Part shown: one piece after another, positions 24,085 to 35,897 of the stretch | Numbering within the stretch: the first letter of the stretch is position 1 | Layout of the letters: every line of letters begins with the position of its first letter | Assembly (NCBI GenBank): GCA_943704415.1 | Contig: CALSCO010000133.1 | Location: 1 to 64,000 of the forward strand | DNA: 64,000 bases | DNA from: Parvularia atlantis | Lineage: Eukaryota | Reading direction: 5' to 3' | The notes under the pieces: generated by a model | The model's input: the letters and a program-made list of their open reading frames with translations, nothing else | The model's database searches: none | Told to the model about the DNA's origin: nothing | Program-made: the position numbers and the translations under genes

Positions 24085-26454
24085 TCACGAGCGCCGAGGC
24101 GGCCGCGGTGCTGCCGGGCTGTCGTCGAAGAGGTCGATGTTCTCCATGTCGTCGTCCTCGTCTGGCGGCTGTGGGCCCGTGCACGCAACGGGCAGCGTCA
24201 GCCGGCGGTCGCACAGCCGGGGCAGCACACGCGCACGTCAAACTGGTTCAGCTCCATGTCCTGCGCGACGCTCGCGTACCCAGCCAGGTGGCTGAGGTGC
24301 CGCTGGCGGTACCACCACACGAGCGCGACGGCGCCGAGAATCGCCGCGACCGTCAGGCTGCCCAGCACGCTCCACTTGACCACATTGAAGGCCGCGGCCG
24401 TGGGCGCTGCCGTCGATGTTGGGCTTGCTGTTGGGCTTGCGCTTGCGGTTGCTGTTGCGCTTGCGCTTGCGGTTGCTGTTGGGCTTGCTGTTGGGCTTGC
24501 TGTTGGGCTTGCTGTTGCCGTCGCCGTCGTGCTCGCACTCGTAGTCGCACTCGCGCTGGCAGTTGCCGTCGCGGTCGCGGTCACGCTCGCGGTCGCGGTC
24601 ACGCTCGCGGTCGCGGTCACGCTCGCGGTCGCGGTCACGCTCGCGGTCGCAGTGGCGGCAATGTACAGCTCAGCTCCGCGCAGGAGGACGCCGTGGATGG
24701 TCGCCGTCGCGGGCTCGTCCGCGGCATCGTTGACGAGCGTCACGCCCACACGCGCCCGCCCGCTCCCCAGCGGCACCTGGATCGCCCGTGGCAGGTCGTC
24801 TGCGCCCGTGTCGGAGATCTGCGAGGCGAGGGCCGGGTCAGTGGGCCACACTGCCACGCGCGAGACGCACCAGCGCGCCAGGGGCCAGCTCGACCCCGTT
24901 CAGCGTCAGCTGCACGCCTTGGTACCACGCGCGCGCGCGCACAGACAGCAGGAGCACGGCAGCGGCAGCGGTGGCGTCACTGACCGCGAGCTGCAGCGTG
25001 AGCGTGCTCTCGCACTCGGCGCTGACTTGGCTGACGAGGCGCCCGTCAGCCAGCTCGACGCTGTCGACCGCTCGAGCGATCAGCAGCGCGAGGAGCACGC
25101 GCGAGCACGTACGATGTCGTGCAGAAGGACGAGTTGCGGCAGGGCGCGTACGCCATCCCGGTAAAGTTGCCGCCCTCAGGCCGCTCGTTCCACAGGCACG
25201 CCCGCGGGCCCGCGCTCAGCACAAGCGCGTCGCGGCTGGACAGTAGCGCCTGCAGGTCGACCTCCTCGTAGTCGCCGTCGACCGTGTCGTCGCGGCCGCA
25301 GTTCATGCGCTCGACGACGACCGCGTCGGCAATGCCGTCCGGGTGGCAGCCGGTTGCGGGCACGGTGCCGTGCACGCGCCAGCGTTGCGGCGGTTGCCCA
25401 AGCGTGCACCCGACGTCAAGCGGGTCCGGCGAAACCCAGCTGTCGCGGCAGGCGTACGGGGCCGTGCACGGGTCCTCGGGCGGGCCGAGTGCCACAGGCT
25501 CGACGGAGCGCACGCAACACACCGCCGGGTCGACTGTCGAGTTGTACGAGCGCCACGCCGCGGTCATGCTCGACGCGGTCGTGTCGAGCGGCTCGTACAA
25601 CATCACGACGCCCGGGCGTGGCCGCAGCACGACGCGCACAGCCGCTGCGCCCGCGCACGTGGCCTCCACCTCGGGCACGACCTCGCTGTCCGAGCACTCG
25701 CGACACGAGCAGTCGACGCCGACCCAGCGGGGCTCGCAGCGGCACGCGGTCATGTGCGTGGGCGAGGCGGGTGGCGCGCCACGGACGCAGACGACGGGCG
25801 TGGGCGTGGCAGTCGGCGTGCGCGGGGGTGTCGGTGCGGCTGCACGGCCGGGTGAGACCTGCGCCGGATACGACGCGGCACGTGTGACGCACCGGTCCGC
25901 GGTGTCGGCACGGGCGTCGGCTGAACGCACGCGCTGCCCGCTGGCGCACACGGGCAGTCGGGCGAGTACGCGACGACGGGGAAGACGATGTCGAGCACGT
26001 CTTCATCGTACAGGACCTTGCCGGGCAGCTGGCACTGGTCAAAGACGTCGTCGCTGCACGTGATGTGTGTGAGGCGCTGGCATCGCCGTCGCCCATCGCG
26101 CGCCATGGGGGCGCACCGCAGCGAGAGGCACACGGGCGGCGTCTGTGGGCACGCAGGGAACTCTTGCGCGCACAGCAGCGCGACGACAAGCGCCTGGCAC
26201 CGCGCGCGCGCCGCGGCTGTGTCGCTGCTGTTGTCGGCGGGCTGCACGGCTGCCTCGCTCAGCAGCAGCAGCGCGGCGTCGATGCGCGCGTCGCCCTCGG
26301 CCGCGCCCGCCGTCGAGTTGGTCGGCAGCTGCGCCGACGTGCAGTGCGCGCTCGCCCCCACCGCCGCGCACGGCCCCGCCGCCGCCGCCGCCGTCCGCGC
26401 CAGCGCCGCGGCGCACGCGAGCAGTACGATGACAGCATGGCCTGCTGTCATCAT
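24085..26454 (-). CDS. Type I membrane protein: signal peptide, Cys-rich (Frizzled-CRD-like) domain, EGF-like motif, Thr/Ala/Ser stalk, TM, acidic tail
   Basis: MMTAGHAVIVLLACAAALA; CQALVVALLCAQEFPAC...PVCLSL; CRCEPRWVGVDC; TM WSVLGSLTVAAILGAVALVWWY; tail GYASVAQDMELNQFD|PPDEDDDMENIDLFDD. Confidence 0.75.
24417..24652 (-). repeat. Coding tandem repeats (12-bp TASP units and 18-bp TASVTA units) forming a mucin-like stalk
   Basis: gttgggcttgct and gtcgcggtcacgctcgcg arrays on the + strand. Confidence 0.85.
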
Positions 26455-26571
26455 GGTTGTATAGATGTAATTGAAAAAGGTGCTCACCGCGGCTCGGAGT
26501 CCGCCCCACCTGTCGCCAGCCTCGCACCGCAGCCGCCCCCTCTTGGGCCCGCCCTGCACCACACGGCGGCG

Positions 26572-29300
26572 ATGAGCGACGAGAAGCAGGGCCTACTTTC
26601 GGGCGCGCCGCGTGCGTTGCGTTGCCGCGCGCGCGCTCTGTCCCCGTGACCCCCGTCTGAGTCACGCGTCGCAGCCGCGCCGTACGACCTGCCCGTGGTC
26701 AACACGGTGCAGCAGCAGGACGACCCGCGCGGTGCGCGCGGCAGCGGCGCTGTTACCGTGACGGCGGGCTGCTGACGGCGCGGCACACACCCAGAGACCG
26801 GCACGATCGACGAGTCGTTTGTGGAGGAGACGGACGACGAGCAGCTGTTGCAGCGCCGCAAGACGCTCTGGCTGCGCGCGCGCTACTACTTCCCCGTGCT
26901 CGCGTGGCTGCCCGACTACAAGCTGAGCTACCTACTCAATGACTTCATCGCGGGCTCGTCCGTCGCGTTTATGATCATCCCCCAGGGCATCTCCTACGCC
27001 AGCCTCGCGTCCCTACCCGCGCAGTACTCGGTCTACGGCCTCTACGGCGCCTTCTTCCCGCTGATCGTCTACTCGATCTTCGGCACGTCGCGGTGCGTGC
27101 GCCTGGCGCGCGTGCGCTGCCTGCGCCTGATATCGCCCCCCTCCCCGCGCGCCCCGCGACTGCAGGCAGATGAGCATCGGACCAGAGGGTGCGCGGCGCG
27201 CGGCGCCTGCCACGCGCACTGACGCTGCCGCACACTGCCGCCAGCCGTCGTCGCGCTGCTCACGGGCGAGACCGTGCGCTCGGTCGGCGACGACGACGCC
27301 GAGGCCAAGCTGGTGCTGATCGGCGTGCTCAACTTCCTCGTGGGCGTGTTCACGCTCGTCATGGGCCTGTTCCGCCTCGGCTTCCTCGACGTCATCTTCT
27401 CGCGCGCGACCAACCGCGGCTTCATCACGGGCGTGGCCGCCGTGGTCATGACCGAGCAGCTGGTGGGCTTCTTCGGGCTGTGCCGTGTCGTCGACGGCGT
27501 GTGCAAGGTTGACGAGGCCTACAGCGAGACCACGCCCCTCGGCAAGCTCATCTTCGTGCTCAAGCACCTGGGCGATACGCAGTGGCTGCCGACCGTCTTC
27601 AGCCTGTGCGCCTTCGGCTACATGCTCCTCATGGACACGCTCAAGCGCAAGTTCACCGGGCTCACCTTCCTCAAGTTCGTGCCTAACATCCTCATTGTCG
27701 TGCTCGTGTCCATCTTCTTCTCGTGGGTGCTCGACCTCAAGACCACGACGACGATGGACTTTTTCAAGAACCTGCAGCCGGGCTTTCAGCCGCCGCGCTT
27801 CCCGCAGGCGCGCCGCGCTCGCCGTGCGCCTCCTGCGGGCCCGCGGTCTGACTTCACGCGCGCAGTTCACGTCCGAGAACCTCGCACGGCTCGCTCCGAG
27901 CGCCGTCGTGATCGTCATTGTGGGCTTTGTCGAGTCGATCATCGTCGGCAAGACCATGGCCGCGCGGCACAAGTGCGCTCGCCCGCGCGCGTGCGTCGCG
28001 CGTGCACTGACACGGCTGCCCAGCTACGCCCTGTCGGACAACCGCGAGCTGGTCGCGTTTGGCGCGTCCAACCTGTTTGCGTCACTCTTTGGCGCGTACT
28101 CGTCCTTCGGCTCTATGCCGCGCACGCGCGTGCGTTGGAGCGCCCGAGCGCACCGGCGCGCTCGTGGCTCACGGCCGGCGGCGCAGATGAACGACGCCGC
28201 GGGCGCCAAGACGCAGATGGCCGGCTTCATCACCGCGACGTACGTCTTCTTCGCCATCATGTTTATGCTGCCCGCCTTTGAGTACCTGCCCAAGGCGTGC
28301 CCGGCTGCGCGCGCCCAGCGTGACGTGGTCGTGCTGACGCGGCGTCTGCAGGCGACGGCGTCGGCGATCGTCATGTTTGCGGCGTACAGTCTGCTCGAGG
28401 CGCACGACCTCATCTTCTTCTACCAGGTGCGCAGCTGAGCGCGGCCTTGCGTGGCCCCACGCGCCCGCGCGTCGCGGCAGATCCGCGCGTGGTTCGACAT
28501 CGTCGTCGCCCTGTCGTGCTTCCTTGTGACGTGCGCGCCGGCCGCGCAACGCACGCGCTCACGTAACACGCCCGCGCCGGCCCGCCCAGCTACATCATCG
28601 GCGTCGAGGTCGGCGTGTTCTTCACCCTGGCGATCTGTATTGGCCTGCTCGTCAAGACCGTGACGAAGGACGCGTTCCTGCCCATGGGCTTCGTAGCGTC
28701 GGTGCGCGCTCGCGGCTGTGCATGGCCCGGTTTGACCGTCTGACGGCGCTTACGCTCCCCGCAGTCCAACACGTTCCAGCCGCTGAGCCCGCGCAACCCC
28801 GAGGTCAAGTGGGTCGACGGCATTCTCATCATCCAATTCCTGGTGCGGCGCGTGCGGGTGTGCCAGTCCAGCGTCGGGCTCACCGTGCGCCTCACACAGG
28901 ACTCGATGTACTACGCCAACTCGGGCCTGTTCAAGGAGCGCCTGCGCCGCCTCGAGCTGTTTGGCTCGCTCGGCGTGCACCCGGGCAGCGAGGTGCGCGA
29001 CGACAAGCTCACGGCGGTCGTGTTCGACTTTGCGCGCATGCCGACGATCGACACGAGGTGCGGCTGCCCGCCGTGCGCTTTGGACGCGCATGATGAGCGC
29101 GCGCCCGCGAACGCAGCGCCCTGGCGATGCTGCAGGAGGTGTTTGCCGACTACAACAACCGCAACATCAGCGTGCTGGCCGTGCAGATGGACGACCACGT
29201 GCACGAGCTGATGGACCGCGCGCACATCAGCGAGCTGCTCAAGTACGGCCGCAACTTTGGCTCGATCCAGGAGGCGGTGAGCTTTGTCAAGAACTCGTAA
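26572..29300 (+). CDS. SLC26/SulP anion (sulfate) transporter with STAS domain
   Basis: YFPVLAWLPDY, DFIAGSSVAFMIIPQGISYASLA, GLYGAFFPLIVYSIFGTSRQMSIGP, NRELVAFGASN, STAS YYANSG...VVFDFARMPTID. Confidence 0.95.
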
Positions 29301-29434
29301 CGTATGCTCTGGCGTGTGTACGTGCATGCAAGCCCTTTGTTGGGTGCGCGAAACCAACTTGGCAAAACGGAACGGCAACAAGAAAAAGAAAGGGACAGCT
29401 CTGGCCGAAGCTCTGGCCGCGTTCGCAGCGGCGT

Positions 29435-31228
29435 CTAGAGCATGAGGGCCGAGACGAGAGCGCACAGGACGCTCGCGATCGCAACCAGCAGCGCCGGCAC
29501 GCGCGAGGCCGCCGCATCGCTGGTCGGCGTGGGCGTCGCCGACGGCGTCGGGCCCGGGTTGAGCGAGGCCGGGAGGAGCACCGTGTCAATCGAGTAGCTG
29601 CTCGGCGGCACGGCGTCAGCAACGGCGCCGCGGCACACGCGCGAGCCCGCAGCGACACGCACACGTAGCCGTTCTGGGCGATCGAAGTCTGGATGAGGTA
29701 GACGCCAGCCTTGGACGCACCGCTGCGGACCTCAATCGGCTGCGTGGTCGTGCTCGTGGGCGTCTTGACGACGAGCTGCTCGCCGGTCGCGACGGTCGCA
29801 TACGAGCCGGCGGGCGCTGCGCCGAGCTTGTTGGCGTTCGTCCCCACCAGGTTCTGCGTCACCACGTGCAGCTTGAGCACCGTCTCCAGTTGCGCCGCCG
29901 TCAGGCCGGCGACGGCCGAGGCGGCGGCTTGGAAGGCCTCGTTCGTCGGCAGGAACACGGTCGAGAACGTGTTGAAGTCGGTCAGGCGGTCGTACAGGGC
30001 GGTCGCGTTCTGCTGCAGGTACTGCAGGAACGTGGTACCACCGAGGCCCAGCGCAATTTTCTCGAGCGTCAGCTGGATGTTGGTCGGGATGAGCACACCG
30101 TCGAGCCCGTGGATCACGCCCGAATCGGTGATAAAGTCCACGAGCTGCACGCCACCGACGGTCGGCGCAATGGTGCGCGGCGAGGTGAAGCGCGCGTACG
30201 ACGTCGCCTGCGCGACGTACGTGGTCGGGTTGACCCTGAGCTCGAGCGGCTGCGAGTCGGCCGCGCCGGTCGGCGGCACGGTCGGGTCCACGCCCAGAAT
30301 CGTGCTGACGTTGAGGCCCGAGTTGAATTTGCCGCTGAAGAGCAGCGTCTGGCTGAAGAGCATGGTGTAGCCGGGCGTGGGCGGGAAGTGGTACTGCAGG
30401 ATCAAGTTGAACAGCTGCTTGCCCTCGTCGGTGTCGGTCAGGTAGCCGGCCGCGCCCTGGCCAAAGGACGCGAGCAGATTGGTGATTGAGGTGTCGGTCG
30501 GAACGAGGAAGGTCACGCCCTCGAGCCCATTGAGCTGATCGCGCACGGTCGGGTTGCCGTTGATGCCGGTGGCGATCTGGCTGAAGGCGGGAACGCTCGA
30601 CAGCACCTCGGAGATCTTACGCGCGGGCGCAAACTGGTTGTTGATCAGGTGGATCACGCCGTTGTTGCACGCGATGTCGCCTTGGACGATCTGGCGGCGC
30701 GCGTCCGTGTCCGAGGGCAGGGCTCTGTCGCGCATGGGTGCCGTCAGTGCCGCAGTTTCGCAAAGGGACGCAACGTGGCGCGTACCCCGTGGCCGTGATG
30801 TACTTGGTCGCGCCGACCGTGAACACGCGCAGCGGCAGCGGCGCCTTGGTGGTGGGCACGCCGAGGCCAGCGGGTGCCTGGCCCTGCTTGGAGTTGGTCG
30901 TGTCGCTGCTGTAGATGACCTTGCCGTTGACGAGCTCGCCCAGCGGGAACGTGCCCTGGAGCGACGCGTGCAGCAGCAGCACGACGGCGAGCGAGCCGAC
31001 GTTGGCGTCCTGCGGGAGGAAGAAGGTGCCGTTCTGCGTCGCGAGGATGTTCTCGAACGCGTTGGCGAGCGTCTGCAGGGCCGTGTCGTCGCCGTTCTTG
31101 TACGCGTCCACGACCTGGAAGAAGGCGATGGTGTCGGTGAGGTTGCGCGCCGTCACGAGGCAGTTCTCGGCGCGGGCGACGCCGGCCAGCGCAAGCAGCG
31201 CGACGAGGGCGAGCGCGACGACGGCCAT
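29435..31228 (-). CDS. Secreted multi-FAS1 (fasciclin) protein, probably GPI-anchored
   Basis: Signal peptide; FAS1 motifs TFFLPQDA, DIACNNGVIHLIN, TFLVPTD, GVIHGLDGVL, TVFLPTNEAF, YSIDTVLLP; hydrophobic C-terminus. Confidence 0.9.
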
Positions 31229-31463
31229 TCTGCGCGCACGCGCGTTGTGCCTCGTCAGTGTGGCACAGCGACCGGGCGGAGAACGACAGACACGAGGCGA
31301 GCAGGCGCACCGCACGGATCAGGCGGATATCGGCACCACAAAAGTCCCCCCAACGAGCGCACACGACGCTCTGCTCGCCGCGCTGCACGACGCGCTGCGC
31401 CCTGCCCGCGCCCTGCCCGCGCCCTGCGCCCGAAAAAAGGGGCAAGTGGCGTGAGGCACACGT

Positions 31464-31473
31464 CCACGTGGCC
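31464..31473. promoter_or_regulatory. E-box CCACGTGGCC 22 nt upstream of the KAT14 ATG
   Basis: Same motif as at NLE1 and TEX10. Confidence 0.45.
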
Positions 31474-31495
31474 GCAAAACCGTGACGCTTCGGCC

Positions 31496-33689
31496 ATGCT
31501 GTGTGCACGATGCGGGCGCGCCGACAACGACGCGGGCGCGCCGGCCGGGCTCGTGGGCGACACGTTCGGGCACTACGAGTGCGCGGCGTGCGCGCCGCCG
31601 ACGGGGCTGCGTCGGCGCTACGCGATTACGTGGTGTGTGCTGCCTGCTCGCGTCTAAGGCTTGGCGCTGATGTGTCGCCGCGCGCACAGGGTCGACCTGG
31701 TCCGCCTCGCGCTGTACAACCTGCTCGCGGCCGACGGCACGACGGCGCCCGGCGCGGCGCCCAAGCGCTTCTTCCGGTGGCGCGAGGACATCTGCGATTG
31801 GATCGACCGCCACTGGGACGTCATCACGCCCGGCAAGGTGCGCACGGCCACCTGGGGCAACACGGTCGCGTCGTACCTGTCGCAGAAGCAGGACCTGTGC
31901 GTGCGGCGCTCGGAGGACGTGCGCACGCTTACCTGCTCGGTGCTCAGGCACTTTGCCTCGGGCGTCGCGGTGCACGGCGGGCCCGGCTGGTGGACGCTCA
32001 AGCGCTTTGAGCCGCCGCAGCGACCGCCCAACACGGCGCTCCTGGGCGGGCCGTCGGTCAAGGTCGAGACACCCGCGGCCACAGACGAAGCGCGCGCTGC
32101 ACCCAAGCGCGTGCGGAAGAGAGCGTCGGCTGACGCGGCACTACCGTCGTCGGGCGTGTGCAGCAGCTGCGGGAAGAGGCTCACCGGCGGCAAGGTCAAG
32201 AGCGAGGACGCGGCAGGCCGGTGCAGCGACTGCCTCGCGTCGGCCGCCATACGCGCACCTGCACCTGCGCATGCGCGGCCGAAGCTGAAGCGCGTCAAGA
32301 CGGAGCCGCCCAGCGAGGCTACTGACGGGCCGCCAGAGACACCGCCGCCGGCGCGCGCCGAGGCCGCGGCGAGCGAGGAGCGGCTGCAACTGAAGAGGCC
32401 GATCGTTCTGCCAGCCGCGGCCCCGCCCGCCGATGCGCGACCGATGACCGAGGCCGACGAGGCCGACGCGATCACGCGGCTCGAGGCACTCCAGCGGCCG
32501 CTCGACCCGGCCGCGGCGCGCTTCCTGCGCAAGCTCAAGCTGCGCGCGGTGTGCCACGTAGCGCGCATGCATGGCGCGATGTTGCTGACGCACCTGCGTG
32601 GTGCAGCTGCGACGCGGTGTCGGTCAGCCGCTGTTTGACCTGGACGAAGCCGTGCGCGAGCAATACCCGCCCGCGGCCCTGGCAGCGAGTGTCACGGCCG
32701 CTGTGCGACCGCCACCGCGGCCGGCGCGGCCGGTGCACGATGCGGCGCTGCGCAACGAGCTCGACCGGTACAGCACGCGCGCACACGCCGCGCTGCCGTT
32801 TGAGAGCAAGGCGGCGGCCGTGGACGAACGACCCGTGGTACTGCACACGTTCCGCCGCCGCCTGCTGGGCGCCGAGGGCTTGCGGCGGTGCCTGCTCGTG
32901 GACCCGGTGCGCCTGCGACAGTTGCGATGGCAGCGACTGACGCCGCGTGACGTGCAGGACGAGGGCGACGTCGTCTCGCCGTACACGTTCCGCCGGCTCA
33001 AGCCGTTCATCCGGCGCGACCTGTGCCTCGCGGGCAGCGAGGACGGCAGCGCGGTCGCCGTGCCGCACAAGCTCGCTATCCTGCGCGCCGTCTGCCCGCA
33101 GTGCGTGCGGCCCCAGGCGCCCAAGCGCCCACTCACACGCCTCGGCACGCGCAGCGAAGTGCACCCAGTCGACTACCAGTACTTCCGCCCCGAGCACCTC
33201 GGCCAGGTCAACGCCCTGCTCGAGACGTTTTTCTGGCCCGGCATCAACAGTGCGCTCCGGCGCGCATCGCCCGCGCTCTGAGGCTCACCTTTGGCCGCAG
33301 TGCAAGACGCGCTCGAGTACCCGGACTTTACGGTCGTCGTGTGCTACCGGCGCCTCGTGATCGGCTGCGCGTTCATGACCCCGGGCGCGTACATCTCGTA
33401 TGTGGCCGTGCACCCGGACTGGCGCGGCGCGGGCATCGCCACGTTCATGATCTACCACCTGCTGCAGGTGCGGCAGCCGCTCTGGGCGCGTACGCGCCTA
33501 ACCGACGTTGTGCAGACGTGCCAGGGCAAGGACGTGACGCTGCACGTCTCGGCCAACAACCCGGCCATGTTCCTCTACCAGAAGTTTGGCTTCAAGCCCG
33601 AGGAGTTTATCGTCAACTTCTACGACAAGTACTACCCGGAGCTCTCGGCCGAGTCCAAGAACGCGCTGTTGGTGCGGCTGCGGCGTTAA
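31496..33689 (+). CDS. KAT14: ATAC complex acetyltransferase KAT14/CSRP2BP (Atac2) homolog
   Basis: TWVDLVRLALYNL, RFLRKLKLR...PLFDLD, SPYTFRRLKPFIRRD, FFWPGINMQDALEYPDF, GNAT HPDWRGAGIATFMIYHL, KDVTLHVSANNPAMFLYQKFGFKPEE. Confidence 0.93.
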
Positions 33690-33801
33690 GTGGGGCAACT
33701 GTACGACTCCAAGATGCACACATGACACACTCAGGCTGTGCGCTGCTGGTGCGGCTGCGGCGCTAGACAAGCTGTACGACTGTAAAAATTGCACACAATG
33801 G

Positions 33802-35705
33802 CTATACCGTCTGCGCGTCTGGTTGTGCGCGCGCCCGCTCCGCCTGCAGCTGGTGCAGCCGTGCCTGCCGCCCTTCAATGTGCTGTCGGCGCTCCGCAAG
33901 CACCTGCGCCTGCTGCCGGTGGCGATGCAGGCTGCGCACGCTGAGGTAGACGGCGCGCGGCGCGCCGTAGAAGAGCGCGGCGCCGAGGACGAGCGGCGGG
34001 GCGACGACCGCGAGCGCGGTCATCTTGCCAGCGAAGAGCAGCGAACGCGTCGCGTAGCACAGCACGCGGCTCTCGCTGCAGAAGCGCTCCGGGCAGCCTG
34101 GCGCGACGGCGCGTGAGCCTCCAGCGGACACGGCATGGCGGGAGCGCACCAAAGAGCTCGAGCCTGTCCGAGTGCGACCCCATAAGGAAGCGCGAGGACG
34201 AGCGCATGACGCGGCCGCACTGCCAGCTGGACACCGGTGTGTCAGTGCAACCAGCAACCGCGTGCGCGCAGGCGCAGGCACGCACCAGAAGCTCGCCGAG
34301 CAGCGGTTGCACGTCATGTGGTCTGTTGCGCGCGCCGCGCCCCGCACGCGTGAGCATCCGCGCTGCTTGACGCGCGTCGCACACCGCACCGCAGCCGCCG
34401 TCGCGCTCGATCGGCACGCGGCACTTGGGGCACGGCTTCGTATTGAGCACGAGATAGACCTTCTCGCGCAACTCGGCCGGGGTGAGGCGCGGGTTGGCGA
34501 GGAGCCGGTCGATCTTGCTGCGCTGCTTCTTGGAGAAGTGCACAGTGAGGCGGCAGTTGGTGCAGCACGTCTCGGTGTAGGTCTTGATGTCTGCACGAGC
34601 GCGCGAAGAAGCGTAAGACGGGGCAGATCAGCAATGCAGCGGCAGCGCGCCACCGTTCACGATCAGCAGCGTGCCGCAGTTGGGCTGCGGGCAGCGGATC
34701 GTCCAGGCCGACGGGTCAGGCCGGCCCTCGACCTGCGCGCGCCACAGCGCGACCTCGGCGGGCTGCAGCACGGCCGCGATGGCCGACGTGCGCAGACGCG
34801 TGCCGCACCTGCCGCGGCGCGCGTGAGACGGGCGGGCGCGGCGGACGCCGGCAAGCACGCACTCAAAGTGCATCGGGCACAGCAGGCGCGCGGCCGTCTG
34901 CGTCTCGATCGCGCCGAGGATGTACGTGTGCAGGCACGGGCGGCAGAACGTGTGCTCGTGGTAGCCGCAGCCCCAGGCGAAGCCCGTCGTTGGCAAGGTC
35001 GAGAGGCAGATGTTGCAGATGTGACTGTGGTTGGCGCAGCTGTTGCACGCCGCGGCCGCCCGGCGCACGTCGTCGGCGCTCGACGCGCGCGACGACGCGA
35101 TCGAGGCCGACTGCGACGACTCGCCCTCGCTGGCCTCGTCCGCGCGGCTCGTCGTGCCGGCGGCGCTCGTCCTCTTGCGCACGCCGGCGGACGGGAGCGG
35201 CATCGGCGGTGCGGCGGGCGGCACGTCGCCGCCGGCGCGCACTACCCGCGCGAGATCGTCCGTGCGGAACGCGTCGCCGAGCGGGAAGCACGCGACCGGC
35301 GCGTCGGCGGGCGCGTCCGGGTCCCGCGCGCCGTCGGTGTGCAGGCCATACAACGCGCTTGTCCTGCGCGCGGCATGAGCAGCCCGTCCGGTACGCGGCA
35401 GCAGCAGCAGTGGCACGGCGCACCCGAACGGCAGCAGACGGCGGTGCGGCCACGCTGAGACCACCTCGCGCGCCACGTCAGCGCCGGTCAGCGTGAGCGT
35501 GACCGTGCGCGCGTCGGCGTCGACGTGGCGCACGACGGCGTGGTGCGCGACGGCGCGCGACGCGTCTGCGGCGCGGGTGGCTCCCCTGAGCACCGCTGCG
35601 CCTCACGCGCACGTACGCCGCGGGCTCACACGCACCGTCACGCACGTCGACGACGACCTCGAGCGCGTGGCCGGGCGTGAAGGGCGGCTCGCTCATGCCG
35701 CTCAT
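33802..35705 (-). CDS. RBR (RING-IBR-RING) E3 ligase with C-terminal TM, RNF217-like
   Basis: RING1 CNICL...HTFCRPCL...CP, IBR RCPQPNC, RING2 [22 protein letters not shown]...FCWQCG, GSHSDRLELFGC followed by hydrophobic segment. Confidence 0.85.
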
Positions 35706-35879
35706 GCGTGAGATCTGCGCTGCTGCTGCTTCGACTGCGCGCGGCCGAGCAGCACAGGCACAGTCAGCACTGTCGCGGGTGGCACGCGCCACAGAGAACA
35801 ACAACAAAGCGACAGGCGAGCGGAAGCCTGCGACGTGTCACAGCCTGAAACATGCTGACGTGGCGGGTCACGGTTTGCG

Positions 35880-35890
35880 GGCCACGTGGC
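35880..35890. promoter_or_regulatory. E-box GGCCACGTGGC 7 nt upstream of the TEX10 ATG
   Basis: Same motif as at NLE1. Confidence 0.55.
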
Positions 35891-35897
35891 GCGCGGG

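Noticed and set aside
24417..24652. Regular short repeats resembling a CRISPR array
   Set aside because: No unique spacers, period is a multiple of 3, lies in frame in a Thr/Ala/Ser stalk, and no cas genes
35856..35863. TGACGTGG UPRE/ATF6-like site in the RNF217-TEX10 spacer
   Set aside because: Single short match; TGACG strings are very common here because of intron branch points
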